From Adineta vaga (taxonomy: Eukaryota; Animalia; Rotifera): a DNA stretch of 64,000 nucleotides. Position 1 is the stretch's first letter, and the number at the start of each line of letters is the position of its first letter. Of the stretch, positions 1 to 15,439 are shown piece by piece. Where the stretch lies: the NCBI GenBank assembly GCA_021613535.1, contig CP075492.1:9486001-9550000 (forward strand), written 5' to 3'. The position numbers were made by a program, and so were the translations under genes. The notes under the pieces were generated by a model, which was not told where the DNA came from, did no database searches, and saw nothing but the letters and a program-made list of their open reading frames with translations.

Positions 1-2511
1 AGAGAGAGAGGGCAAAAATGAAAACTAGGGAAGTCATTTTCATCGTCTCTTATTTCAGTTTGACAACGAGATTTTTCTTTGCTCTCGTCAAATAAATCTT
101 TGATTCACGTTTTATAATCATGATTGATGATGTTTAGTTGATGTCAACAAAAGAAAATATCAATTTATTGTACAGTTATTGTCAACAGTTGTGAATCATT
201 CGAGACGTAACCTTAACGCAAGACGAACGATCCTGATGCTAAACGACGTTGTGAAAGAGAGAGAGAAAAAAAAACGGTTGACATGACCAGTTGATAGAAG
301 AAAGAAATGGTCACTTCACTTTCTCTCTCTCTCTCTGAACGTGATGAAAGAGTCAGATCGAACAATAAACAGACAGTAGTATTGTTATATTATTACAATG
401 TAACTAAAAGATTAATCAACATAAATCATTCGTTGATAATATAAGCGTGCTAATTATTATTCTACCCTGAATTTTGATGTCATTAATAAGTAATGTTAAG
501 AAAGTGAAAAGATCGACAAGTGTAAACGTGTCTAGAAGAGTTTTTGAGCACTTAAACGTAAACGTAGGATATATTTTACCTAGAAAAAAGAACAGCAATA
601 CCTGTCGAGAATGTCATCCAATAAAGAAAAAAGAAAAGCCGTTTTTTTTCTCTTCTTATTCTTGCATGTTTCTCGATCCAATTACGGATAGTCAGTTTTA
701 GTAGTCTTTCTCTCTTTCTTTTTTGCCGAAGAGAAATGTTTGTGTGACAAACAAGCACAAAGTATCTTGCTTACGCCTCTATAAGATCGATTAAACGCAA
801 AAGAACACGCACCATAGGCATGAAATCTCTCCGGAACTTGCTCTATCTCGTTCATCGAACTAATATGCTTGATTCAAGACGAATTAAAAAAACTGAGAAG
901 GAGAAAGAAAGAAAGAAAGAACGATGTCTATATCTTTCCATTTTTTGTGTCATTAATCATGTTCGAACGACAATGTCTCGGTGGATGTGGGCAAGATCTT
1001 TTGCCTTGACAAAATGCAGTCACGCGGTCAGTAGTAACTAACGAGACTGCAATTAAATGCGCATACTCTCATTTCCGCTGGCAGAACTTGCGCATGTGCA
1101 CGTATCTATTCTTGATGTAGAATACAAAAAAAAACGACGATGAATGAGATCATGCTTCCGCAAAATAGAACATATTATTTTTTTCCCCTGTATTAAAAAA
1201 CGAAGAGAAAAAGAATGTCATAATCATTTATCGACAATGTCTAGATGAATACAAAGTAGGAAATATATTACTCTATTAAATAGTAGCATGATGATATTTT
1301 GAATTCTTTCTCTATATATGATAAAGTCCCTACTGGGTATACATCTATTTCATATTGAACGAAGTAATCATTTTCAATCGTCATATTAGATTACTATCAA
1401 CATTTGTTCCTTCATTTTTAATGAACAAAAACAGTTTCTCAGACGAACATCTGTGTATCAATACTGTTAAATAGATATCGATGACTGTTATATTGGACAA
1501 CATTCTCATCTTATCTTTCTATTCAAATATACATACACGTTTCTGTCTGGTTACTTACAATCATTCAGAACAGTTTAGTCAAAAGAAAGAAGTTCTACAA
1601 ACAGACATTGTTTTCATAATAACGAATCTTTTCGTATTGCGTTATTAATGTAATCAATGAATGCAACCACCTTATAAAGAACGGCTAAACATTCAAGTGT
1701 ACTAATGTGTAGTCAGACAGAAATAAAATAATTTCTTTTTCGAATACACATTCAACATTTTCTACTAAAGAAAACAGAATGATCGAGTTCTATCAACATT
1801 GAGTATATGTATGTGTCTTGTAAATGAATAGAGAGAAGAAGAAGAAGAAGAAGAAAAAACGACTATTATTACGATGCAACTGGACGAGAAAAGAGGAGAC
1901 CTTAGAATAGTGAATAAATAGAAAGTGTCATAAAGTCTGATGACAATGAATAACGACGAGCTATTGATTAACTTAATAAATACGGAACAAAAAGAAGACA
2001 TTCTAAAGAGGCCTAGTTCAGAAAGAAGCCGTAATCAATGCAAATGGATTCATTATTAATACAATGAGATTAAAGACAAAGAAAAACGATAGAATACAAG
2101 TGAATGTCTTTATAGAAAGATAATTGATCTATTGCAAAGATTATCTGAGCTTTTTCAAACTGATGAAATTTTTCTGCATCAATAAACTAATTTCAGATTA
2201 GAAAGAAAGAAGGGAAAGATGCTTGAACTATTCGAAAAATTAATAACGAGAGATTTTTTTACTTTAATGATGAATATTCAGTGAATACGAAGAAAAATGA
2301 TATTTGATATAATGAAATGATATTTCAATTGGTTATATGATGCTAATAACGAATATAGTACTTAGTCAATATACATATTTTAAACAACGAAAAATAAAAA
2401 GAAGAATTAAGTACTAATTACATTTAACATTTCTTATTCTTTCAACTCATCCGACTGTATAGATGCTTAGTTGAATATTCATCAAGTATTGATTATGATG
2501 TTTCTTTCTAG

Positions 2512-3835
2512 TGTCATGCCGATCACAGCACATCCAGCATTTAATAAAGTATGTTAATTACGATTGTATGTTTTTGTCAAGAGACAGAATATTTGTAGGC
2601 TTGTTCATATTTAAAAATGAAACTGAGACGTATTCCACTTAATCCTCAAACACGTGAAGTTGATCTTACAAAAATGCGTAGAGCAATAACAAGAAACACA
2701 TGTTTAGTACGTCATTTTTCAACTCATAATGAACTTTATTGTCATCAATTATTCTATTTAGATTGTTGCATCAGCACCTTGTTTTCCACATGGTGTGATC
2801 GATCCGATCGAAGATATTTCTAAAGTATTTATTCTCTTTAGATATTCTTTTTGAAAATACATTTTTCAAATCATTTAGATTTCTAATCAATACAATATTC
2901 CATTACATATCGATGCATGTTTAGGTGGTTTTCTTATTGCTTTTATGGATCAAGCTGGTTTTCCTCTGAAACCATTTGATTTTCGTTTACCTAGTGTTAT
3001 GAGCATTAGTTGTGATACGCATAAAGTATGTTGAATGAATTGAATAATTAAAAAGAAGAAATTAGTTTAGTATGGATTTTCACCAAAAGGTACATCGGTA
3101 ATTCTCTATCGAAATGAAACATTACGTCAACATCAATTTTTTGCCTTGGCTGATTGGCCTGGAGGTATTTATGGTTCACCATCCATTGCGGGTAGTCGTT
3201 CTGGTTATTTAATTGCTTGTTGTTGGGCTACACTTATGTTGTATGGTACGGAAGGTTATATTGAAGAAACACGAAAAATTATTCAAACAACACGAGAGAT
3301 TGCTCAAGGATGGAGTCAAATCAAGGGTCTTTATCTTTTACATCAACCGGACGTATCTGTAGTGGCAATTAGTTCAGAGGAATTTAATATCTATTATCTA
3401 TTTGATGCATTACATGGCAAGGGATGGCATTTGGTTGGTTTACAAAATCCACCAGGGTATTTTTTTTAATTTTTTTTTGAAAAAAGAAAACCTCTACATT
3501 TGTTGTGAACTTTATTTTCTAGTATTCATATTGCTGTTACTCAAATTCATACACAACCAGGTGTTGTTGATAAACTTCTCGAAGATACACGACAATGTGT
3601 AACAGAAATCCTTCGATCGAATAATAGAAAAGATACAGTTACCGTAAGTGTCTGATCTTGAAAAAATATGTTACATATCTTTCTATAGGCTGTGATATAT
3701 GGTACCAATCAAAAAGTTCCCGATAAATCTCTTATTTGTGATATGACTAAACTATATATCAGTTCGTGGTATGATACAAATTTGGATACATCAAAAGTTG
3801 AAAATGTACCACATATCGAAATGACCGCTGAATAA
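2512..3835 (+). CDS. SGPL1: Sphingosine-1-phosphate lyase, 3' portion (multi-exon; 5' exons lie upstream of the window)
   Basis: Spliced translation gives [29 protein letters not shown], the PLP lysine motif SCDTHK|YG, and [18 protein letters not shown]. Stop at 3833-3835. Confidence 0.93.
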
Positions 3836-4069
3836 AACGATCGGAACAAACTACTGTTTTATTATTCTATCTGAATACTGATTTTTATTTTTCAAAAATA
3901 TATATTTGTAGATCGGATAAATCAACTTTGTTAACTGTGTAGGTTAGTTCAATAACTGTAGAACATTGTTTAAAAAAGATCTTGCAGACGTGAACTCAAC
4001 AATTGAAAGTTTACATTAGTTCTTTTTTAAGATGAATAAATTGATTACAAAGTAAAAAGAGAATGCTTA

Positions 4070-6450
<2,381 letters not shown>

Positions 6451-6951
6451 AGCGATATGTTTTAAATACAAAAGGAGTTTGCAACTTCAGCCAATTGAGA
6501 TAAAAAATAATCGATTACAGAAGAAAAAATCGGCAATATTTAAATCTCTATGATTATAGATATACTTCCGTGCACAGAATCAGCAATTCTTTCGTTGTCT
6601 TGATACTGTTTACGGTTTTGAAAAAAAAACTGACGTTATACTTTTCGTATATAGTCGACGCGTGCATGGAGGTATATTTGTAGTAGGAAGAACAGAAAGA
6701 GAGTTAACGCACGTGAAAGAAATAGAAATCATAAAATTGGTATGTGAATTCTCTTGTTAAAATTGTTTCATGAAGAAAAGAATGATAAAATAAAAATTTT
6801 GAATAAAAATGTTGTTTTTGATTCATTGTCTAATTTAAAGATAATAAAAGCTAATATGTAGTTCATAAAATGAAGCATTCTTTAGAGAACCTAAGAAACG
6901 TATAACCCTATATTCAACGACTTTCTTATCAATTACATATCTACCAAACTG

Positions 6952-7021
6952 TGATCTAGTGACACGAATTACCGAACATGAATGTGCACATGTAATATTA
7001 GCAATCTGCATCACTAGATCA
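6952..7021 (-). ncRNA. Candidate pre-miRNA hairpin (family not recognised)
   Basis: 11-bp perfect terminal inverted repeat TGATCTAGTGA. On the minus strand the stem extends about 15 bp further using G-U pairs. It lies about 800 nt downstream of miR-125 on the same strand. Confidence 0.45.
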
Positions 7022-7803
7022 TGTGTATTCGATAATCAAGTATTATTTGAATATACAAAAATGTTCATTCTATGAAGGCATCAATTTACGTACAGAACTC
7101 AAGTTGAGAATGAATCATCTAATAAAATGAAACTTTCTTACCTTCTTCGATGAATATTCGTTATCTATTGAAATGTAAACATTATCAACGAGGTGTCATA
7201 GAACATATATATAAAGTCATGCATTTCAATATGAAAGTTTTTATTTTAATTACATATTTCATACTTTTAAGCACGGGGAAAAATACACTCCTAACGTCAA
7301 TAACACAAAATGAATAACGGAAATAAATGATTCATATTTATCTTGACATATGAATGTTCAAATGACTTCATTATTATTATGTTTTTCTTTTCTAAATTTT
7401 CAATCTTTTATTTACTTATACGATAGTCTTTCAAATGAAAAGAACAAAACTTCTTTCTGTTTAGAGTTGTAACACTTGTTTGAAAAACTATCATTCGCCT
7501 GATACAAGAGAACAATGTAAATATATATCAATTTTATTTTATAACAATTATAACAAATAGATTTTTTTACGAGTAAATACACTTTTTACATTATTGATCA
7601 TCAAGATAAACCAATTGATCAGATCTTTGCGATCATAAAGAGTTGATCGATGACTTCTTCTTCAGATTTTCGTCTATTGTTTTCTTGACTTTTCACAATC
7701 GATCAGTGGGAAAAATCTTCTCTTACCCTACTACCTAGAAAACATAACTAGTTAATTATTCTCAAAATTGAATGATCTAATATTTATTTCCATCAGTAAT
7801 TAC

Positions 7804-7885
7804 AATGTATAATCGAGCCGGAGACCGAAACCTGAGAGAATCAATTGCATTCTCAAATTAGGGTCTCAGGGTCAATTTAAACATT
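7804..7885 (-). ncRNA. mir-125: pre-miR-125 (lin-4/miR-125 family); mature 5p at 7851-7872
   Basis: Minus strand 7872-7851 reads ACCCUGAGACCCUAAUUUGAGA versus canonical UCCCUGAGACCCUAACUUGUGA (seed CCCUGAG intact, 19/22 identical). It pairs with the 3' arm UCUCAGGUUUCGGUCUCCGGCUCGAUU in a long hairpin with a basal stem. Confidence 0.9.
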
Positions 7886-8839
7886 ATATAGTTTGTCTTG
7901 AGAATGAATTGAAGACTGTATCTAAAATAGAAGAAAAAAAAGTTATTTTAATGATCATAGACAATGTATATATATATATATATGTTATTTCTATTGCTAA
8001 GAAAAAAAGCAAGAGAGTGCGTGTTAAGTGATGATGGTGTCGAGTAACTGACTGAGTGAAAAACAGAACACAACAAAAAATGCACGACTATATACTTTCT
8101 TTGCTTTCCTGCTCGTTTCTTTTTTTTGCTTAAGGTATTCAAGCTTGTTCCCTTATATATTTTTTCTGCTTGTATGATGTTGTTGTCAATTTCTTTTCTT
8201 TTTTTTCTGAATGTCTATGTTTGACTTACTTAGAAATTTTCGAAAAATTTTGTTACAATAAGCGCCAAACAAGTGTGTGTGTTTCATTAAATAACCAAAT
8301 CTAATTATCTTCGTGGATCTCTTGAGCTTAACTAAGAAATATATTTTGTACCTTTTTCGATCTATCAGAAATGTAGACTTGAACATGTATGTGATGACTT
8401 AAGCCAAATATCTATCCGCTCATATGATTTCTATTGTTGGAATTGTTTTTTCTTCTTCTTTATTATTCCATATGATATAGAAAATAAATCTCCGTAAAGT
8501 AGATGTTCATTATTTTCCTGTTTTGTTTGGTATGAAAGAACAGAAACAGAAGAAAAGAAAAAAATATTATGATCGAATGCATTCTTCTTTTCTTTCCTCT
8601 TGCTTCGTTTTTCTTTTGCTGCTCTACACAATGTTTTGGTGTATTCGTCTTTCTTTTCATTACATCGTATCCATGTAGAAAAAAGAAAGTTACGAGACTT
8701 GCAAAAGGCAAAAACACTTTTTTCTATAGATGTGGTTGTGATAAAAAGCAAAAAAGAGAGAGAAAGAGAGAGAGAGAGAATGCATTACATTTACCGCAAA
8801 AGAAAAAAGCCGTCGAACTGTCAAAACAAGGAGACGCTC

Positions 8840-8900
8840 CTGCAGAAATCATCTGGTCGGACGGTCGGGTCTTACTTATAAGCGCGCGCGCGAGCAGAAA
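8840..8900 (-). promoter_or_regulatory. Putative Pol II core promoter of pri-miR-125: (CG)n tract followed by TATA-like TTATAAG
   Basis: Minus strand reads GCTCGCGCGCGCGC-TTATAAG-TAAGACCCGACCG. It is a GC-rich island in AT-rich DNA, about 1 kb upstream of miR-125, with a splice acceptor at about 7922. Confidence 0.5.
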
Positions 8901-11900
8901 GACAAACAGCATTATTGCTGCCGTCAGTGTGTCCTTGTAAGAAACGCAAAATAGCAATGTTGATGATGATGATGATGATGATGATATATGAGAAAGAAAA
9001 AGAAAAACGAAGAGGAAAATAACACAACTGACGATCTATATAGGAATAGATTGGATTGTTACATAAATATATGTGTGCGTGAATGTGAATTTCTTTAGAA
9101 AAATTTTCTTTTGTATTAAATAGCTGTTTGCCTGAAACAATACAAAAATAAATGATGACTTGATGAGAAAGAATAGATAAAAACAAATTAAAGGACAGAA
9201 AGAGAGATGAATAGATTAGTATGAGAATATGTCGAGCATAGTGTAACGTCTATAAACTAATAATTTTAACTATTCGATTTGAGCAAAATTCAATGTATAC
9301 TTTAGAAACAAAACGGAAAAACCTGTTTTATATAGACACATGAAGTTTAGCAAATACTAAGAGAGATTTTAATATTGAATAAACAATGTGTATATATTTG
9401 CTAGAAAACATCGTTTGCACGCATATAAATATGATTTAAAAAGTGCTTTCAATGAATGTTTGTTTTTGAAGAGTGCAAAGGTTATTGATGGGTAAAATAT
9501 GATAAAATTTATTCCTCTGCACCAGTCAACTGAATGTTTCTTTTTTTTTGCATCAGATCAATATACAGAACATCAATCGTAGGTGGCATAAAAATAACGA
9601 GTATGAAACGGTGAACTGAAGTTTTTATTATTGATTCTGATTATCTTGTTCATTCTATGTGAAGAAAATAATTATATTATTGCTGAGTGACGAATAAGTA
9701 ATCAAGGAAGGCAACGTCCCTCCTCCTCTCTTCATGCTATCTAACTCCTTCTCGTTTTCTTTCTTATTTTGATGCCCATCATCCACTTTTTTTCCTGTTT
9801 GCTTTGCAATTGCTATTACTATTATTAGTTGCCAAGTCGTTCTCTACCGTTTGCACGAACAAGAACGACGAGAAACAATACTTATATTGAGTACTGACAA
9901 CCAATAGAAGAAAACCAGCTGATGTTCGATCAGTAACAATTGGTTGATTTTTCTTTTTCTAGTGTCGATGCATATATTTATATGTAATAAAAAAAGGCAT
10001 TGTAATCAAGTAGAAAAAAAAGGAAGAAAGAAAAACTTGAATATTTATCAAGAGTTGCATTCTGTGCAAACATTTCGAACATAAATAACGCATATTCTCT
10101 CGATATTAGATTGATTCTAGAAAATCCGTTTAAAAAACTTCGTAATCAATGTTAATGGTGGTATAAAGTTCAAACTTGATCTGAATCAATAGACTGTAGA
10201 AAACTTACATACGGTTATACTTAGTAGTCAGAAGATCGAACTAGAAGAAGCGGAAAATTTGTGTGCATTTGCATGATGCAGTGAACTTTGTATTTGTAAG
10301 TCGCTGATGAAAAGAATTGTGAATCTTTTTAACTATTCTAATTGTTCATCATACGAACTTGATCTTATTCCGAATGGCTATGATTTCTAATAGAAAAACT
10401 AAAAGAATTCTTCTCAAAAGCTGTTAATCTAAGTCAATATATTATCCTAGACTTAGTTGAGATTTCTTTCGAAAACAAACATGACTTATTCAATACACAT
10501 TTATGCAAAAAGAAATAAATCAAATAAAGAATTGCTACATTAAATAACATAAATACCTAGACTTATTCAATTAAATGAAAAGAAATAATCAATTCAATCC
10601 TTTTCGTTTTTATAAGTTTTGAAAAAGAATCTTTTATTTTGAATGGTAAAATATCTCAAAGCAAAACATTGATTTGACATTCTATAACAAAATCTTCTGT
10701 TGATGATTTGTCAGAAAAAAATTCAATCTATCATTACATTCTATTTGCTATATTCCTATATATAGATTAATAACACTATCTTCGAAGATAAATATATCGT
10801 CTGTTATCGGATAGTTTTATTAAAAAACCCATCGATAGATTTCTAATAATTCAAAAGTGTCGGTAATTCGTGATAAGATTAGTTCGTTTTATACTTACAT
10901 GAATTGTGATTGACAGAATTAACTAGGATTTTTAATTCACTATTTGATAGCATTAACAACTTTGCTTTGGTAGATAAATGTCGTGTATTATTATTGAATT
11001 TAAGACTGTAAATACAATCGTGTCTCAACTGTTGTTGTTACAATGTACTGGAAAAAGGATTGACTGTTGATTGTGTTTTGTTGCAGTGCTGAAAGCTTGT
11101 CAGTCTTTGTCGATGCCTTTATATTCTCACTATTCAACAGTAACGAGAACCCTTCGTTTTTTTCCTTCTTCTTCTTCTTCTTCTTCTTAATTTATACCCC
11201 CCGAGTTGCTGCCTTGGCCGTCGATGGAACGAAAGAAAATATTTTTTACTTCTATATGTAACTTAGTTGTTTTTGTCTTTTTCTCCCTTCCAGCATAAAA
11301 AACCTCTCGCCTTGACACAACGGCTGCCTGAAAAGAACGATTCGCAATTTAATCATATTTGTCTTTTTTTCCTTTCTCTACGTCGTCGATGGTGTTATTA
11401 CAGCAAAACATATGTTAGCAAAAAAAAAAGAAAAATAGTTGTGGACTTTGACCTATGAAAGATTTGCTCTTCCACCTTCTTCCATAGTTAAAAAGAATAT
11501 AAACAAACGATATGCTCCATTTTTATTCTTCTGTCTCCTACTAGTATAAACTAAACATGGTACATCAGACTAATTGGTGTTCTTCGGTTGGTTGATTGAA
11601 TATTTTTATCTTCGATATAATATTGACAAAAACAACGTCGTCGATAGAAAAAAAAACGAGAAACTATTTTTTTTCTTCGTCTTCTCTGTGCGTTACTTTG
11701 ACAACATCGACTATAACAAAAAATATCTTCATGTTGCGGTAAATGACAGAAACGAGTGCACAGCTGCATAAAACATATGTTATTTTTCCTTTTCTTGTTC
11801 TTATTTTTTCGGATAAATATTACACTCTCAGATGAAAAGGAGTGCCTCGTTGAGACAGAAATGAATTAATTGATTTACTGTATTTGAATTGAATCAGAAT

Positions 11901-13134
11901 GTTGATATTATTTCGAGTTATTTATAGAAGACGTTTATAACTAGAACATATGAAATGTGTTATTGATCATTACCAAACACATTAAAGGTTTCACAGCCAA
12001 TACAAAGTGTGCGACGATCAGAAAGATTAGATCGATGGTGGGAAATTTATTATTAGTTGGGAGAAATCTATTCACTTGTTGATACTAAAAGAAAATTATT
12101 AAAAAATCAGTACAATATTGTCAATACCATATCTTTTTCTTTCGTCATACATCAGAATAAGAGAACATCTTGTAAATATAGCAAACGGTTATGTACAATG
12201 GGCGTTACCTCTCATTGAGAGAAAATCATTCTCTTAAACATTGATCGGCACAAAATATCAAGTGATTCGAGTTGAAAGCGATTTCTATGTCATACAATAT
12301 CTTGTAAATACAGGAGAATATTGTAACATCTATAAATTCAAGTTCCATAACAAATTGTAATGATTTTTTCCCAGGTATATTAATTAGTATATCTGTTATA
12401 GACAGTAAACAAATATTTCGCCCCCTCAATAGCATGTTATGAAATAGAATATGTATTTAAAAAGAAGTTCAAGTTGCATTATATCAAACTGGGATAATAA
12501 TGGTCAATGTAAAAAAAAACTGACTAGAGGTACAAAACAAAACGATACAAAATAGTTATCAAAAAGGAAAGTTTTATATATCTACTGTGCACGAAGGTTG
12601 TCTTTGAGCTATATCATATAGCACGGCACATTGGGTTAATCAACAACTATAAATAATTCACTCGTCATATATACTTTAAAGTACATCTGCCCTATCATCT
12701 GGTGATGCACATGGTTCAAGATGTTGTACATCCATTTTGCCTGTTGGAATCGGTGGTGGTGGATTTGTCGGTCGTTTTATCTGTTCAGTTTCTATATTAG
12801 ATGATTTGGGATGTTGATAATGTAGATCATTCTAAGTATAATTATGAAATTAGTTTGAAAAACAAAAGAAGTTAACGAAGACAATAAGCAGTGCAATAGA
12901 ATAAAGCAAAAGCAAGTTTTAAAATCAATCAAATTGATTGTTTTATTCGTTTTGTTAGTGTGACAACAAAAAATATAAATGTACAGGGAAAAACAAACAA
13001 ACAATAACAACACAATAGAATAGCACGACTAGAAACATGGCAAGTTTAAGAAGAAATCAAATAAATACCAAATTATCATTCTCAAGATAAAATAGCGCAA
13101 AAGAAGAGGAGAAAGCAGTGAAATGCAAGCTTTT

Positions 13135-15439
13135 TTATTCTTCACACTCATAATAAAATACCTCATGATGATCACGAATAGGTTGTGAAGATCGTGAATC
13201 TTTAAAATTAGATTGATTTTGTTCAAAACTTTTTGCTTCAAGGTATGGATTTATCAATTCACTTTTACTACCGTTATGAATTCCTAAAGCTAGAGCTGTT
13301 TGCTGTTGTTGTTCTTTAATTTCTTCATATAAATTATCAATATCTGCATTCGGATGAGAACGTATTAGATCAGTTGATTTAATAAGAGATTCACGATCGG
13401 AGATACTATCATTTGTTTGATGTATAATTATAGATGATGTTGTAGATGATGCTGAATGTGGTCGATTATGACTATTACCGGATGTTAATGGAAACATTGC
13501 TGGTGATGATGAGACTAAATAAGGTTGTTCAATGTGAAGATTCTTTCCGCGATGATGATTATTATCAGGTGAAGTTTTTGAGCTATTGAGATGTTCATGA
13601 TGATTTTCATCACTTTGTAGATATTTCAACGAACGTTCTCGACGACGTCTAATATGAAATGTTGTTTATTTGAATTTATAATGCATAGGTTTAATAACTT
13701 ACTTAGAGATTCGAATAAATGCAAAGATTCCTGCGATAATTAGAAGCATTAGAAGAAGACCAAGTATACATCCAATTGCTATTCCTAAAATGGAAAATAG
13801 TTCGAATTATGACATATCTTTCAAAACAAACAAATTCTCTGTAGTTATAATAACATTTTTTTTGATTGATGATTATCTATAATAAGCTATGTTATCAATT
13901 CTGATAGATATCTCTTAGCTGATAAAATAGTAGTTAAACATGAGAATTAATCAAGCGTTTGACACATCTGCCTATGCTTTACTTTCAAACAATTCGTTAT
14001 GGATTTTAATTTCATGCATGCATAATTATATTCTCTATTACTCCATAGATTAAATACGAATTTTTCTATTCATCTACAAATCAACAATTGAACTCAACAG
14101 TTAGGAAGGAAAATTTCCTTTCGACGGAAATCAACTGTTTATTATTTATATAAACATCATACCCCATTGTCGTTTTAATGACATTTTTCCTTGTCCATAA
14201 CCATCTTCATCGAATCTTTGGCCAGGCTCAAGAGCAAATGGTGCATATTGTGATAGATATGAATCAACTAAAATTAACTTATTTAAACTTTGCTCGAATC
14301 AATTATTCAAAACTTACTTTGAAAATATAATAAAAATCGTGCTCCACCAAGATGATTAGTTTTCAATTCAAATTCAACTAATTCATCATGATGTTTAGTA
14401 ATATTCACACCAAATAATTCATTGATAGCTAATGTGTGAATACGATTTGATAGACGTATGTTAAATTCATGTGAATATTCGAGTGATTTTTCCAGCATAT
14501 ATAAACGTAATCGAGATTGACGTGAAATATATAATTGTTTTTTACATGATAGATATTTTCCAGATGTTTGAGGATAATTAGGTGAATGTAATAATCCCTG
14601 ATTGTGAGTTAAACGTTCAGGAATTTCTGTTGAACAAATATCAAATCGAGGAAGATCTTCTTTCACACCGTCATCTAAAACAAAACTCATTATTTTTCTA
14701 ATGAATTAATTTCATTTTTATATGAATTCTTACTTGGAATACATGAATATTCAACCATTGAAAAATTTGACATCATTCCATATGGACAATCCTTTAGAGG
14801 CGGTCTATCATTATATCTTATTTTACATTCACCATCATTTCCTTGTTTCAATTGACTATCACAAACATCTCGATACGCATTTTGAATCGATGATGTACAA
14901 ATCGTTTGAGTATCTTTATTACATTTAAAACGATTACCTGTTTGTTCGATTTGTTGTCGAAGACTAATACCAATCAAGGCCATTTTTATGTAAAGACGAT
15001 AATTTCTTGCGCATGATAGATTAATATCACCTGACGTCACTCGTCTTACTATGGATGATTCACATAAATAATCCGTTTGATCATGTATTACCGGCAAACA
15101 ACGATATGTTGTATATAATCTTATAGTTGATCCACAAGTTGAATTAATAGGGAAACGTAAATCATTGATATTAACGGTACATATTCGTTTATGATTACAT
15201 GCAAATGATAATGGATTTTTATTTTCTATTTGACATCGAGTTGTTCCAGAACATGAATTATCAATCGTTGATTCATAAATAACATTTTCAATATCAATAA
15301 TATAACCGGGTAAACATGAAGGTAAATTTGAAGATGTTTTATTCGTTGATTCTATACATATAAATGGTGTTGGATTGGTTTTATACGTATAAGAGATTTC
15401 AATAATAAATAGAAAAACGGCAATATTTTTCAGGAGCAT
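13135..15439 (-). CDS. Single-pass receptor: signal peptide, two SUEL/galactose-lectin-like Cys domains, CUB domain, TM helix and Tyr-motif tail
   Basis: N-terminal hydrophobic signal, lectin-like ends (YTTYRC, MVEYSC), CUB motif GLLHSPNYP, TM GIAIGCILGLLLMLLIIAGIFAFI followed by RRRRE, and tail motif NLYEEI. Confidence 0.75.

Noticed and set aside
1145-1160. bantam seed match TGAGATCAT
   Set aside because: Seed only; no hairpin or 3' similarity.
7141-7163. Minus-strand 23-nt microexon-like segment as an upstream coding exon of PARG
   Set aside because: I could not build an open frame linking it to PARG. It is more likely a non-coding host-transcript exon or chance.
8431-9186. Overlapping 84-123 aa ORFs on both strands
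   Set aside because: They are low-complexity F/K/R translations of A/T runs and microsatellites in the pri-miRNA promoter region, with no domain signal.
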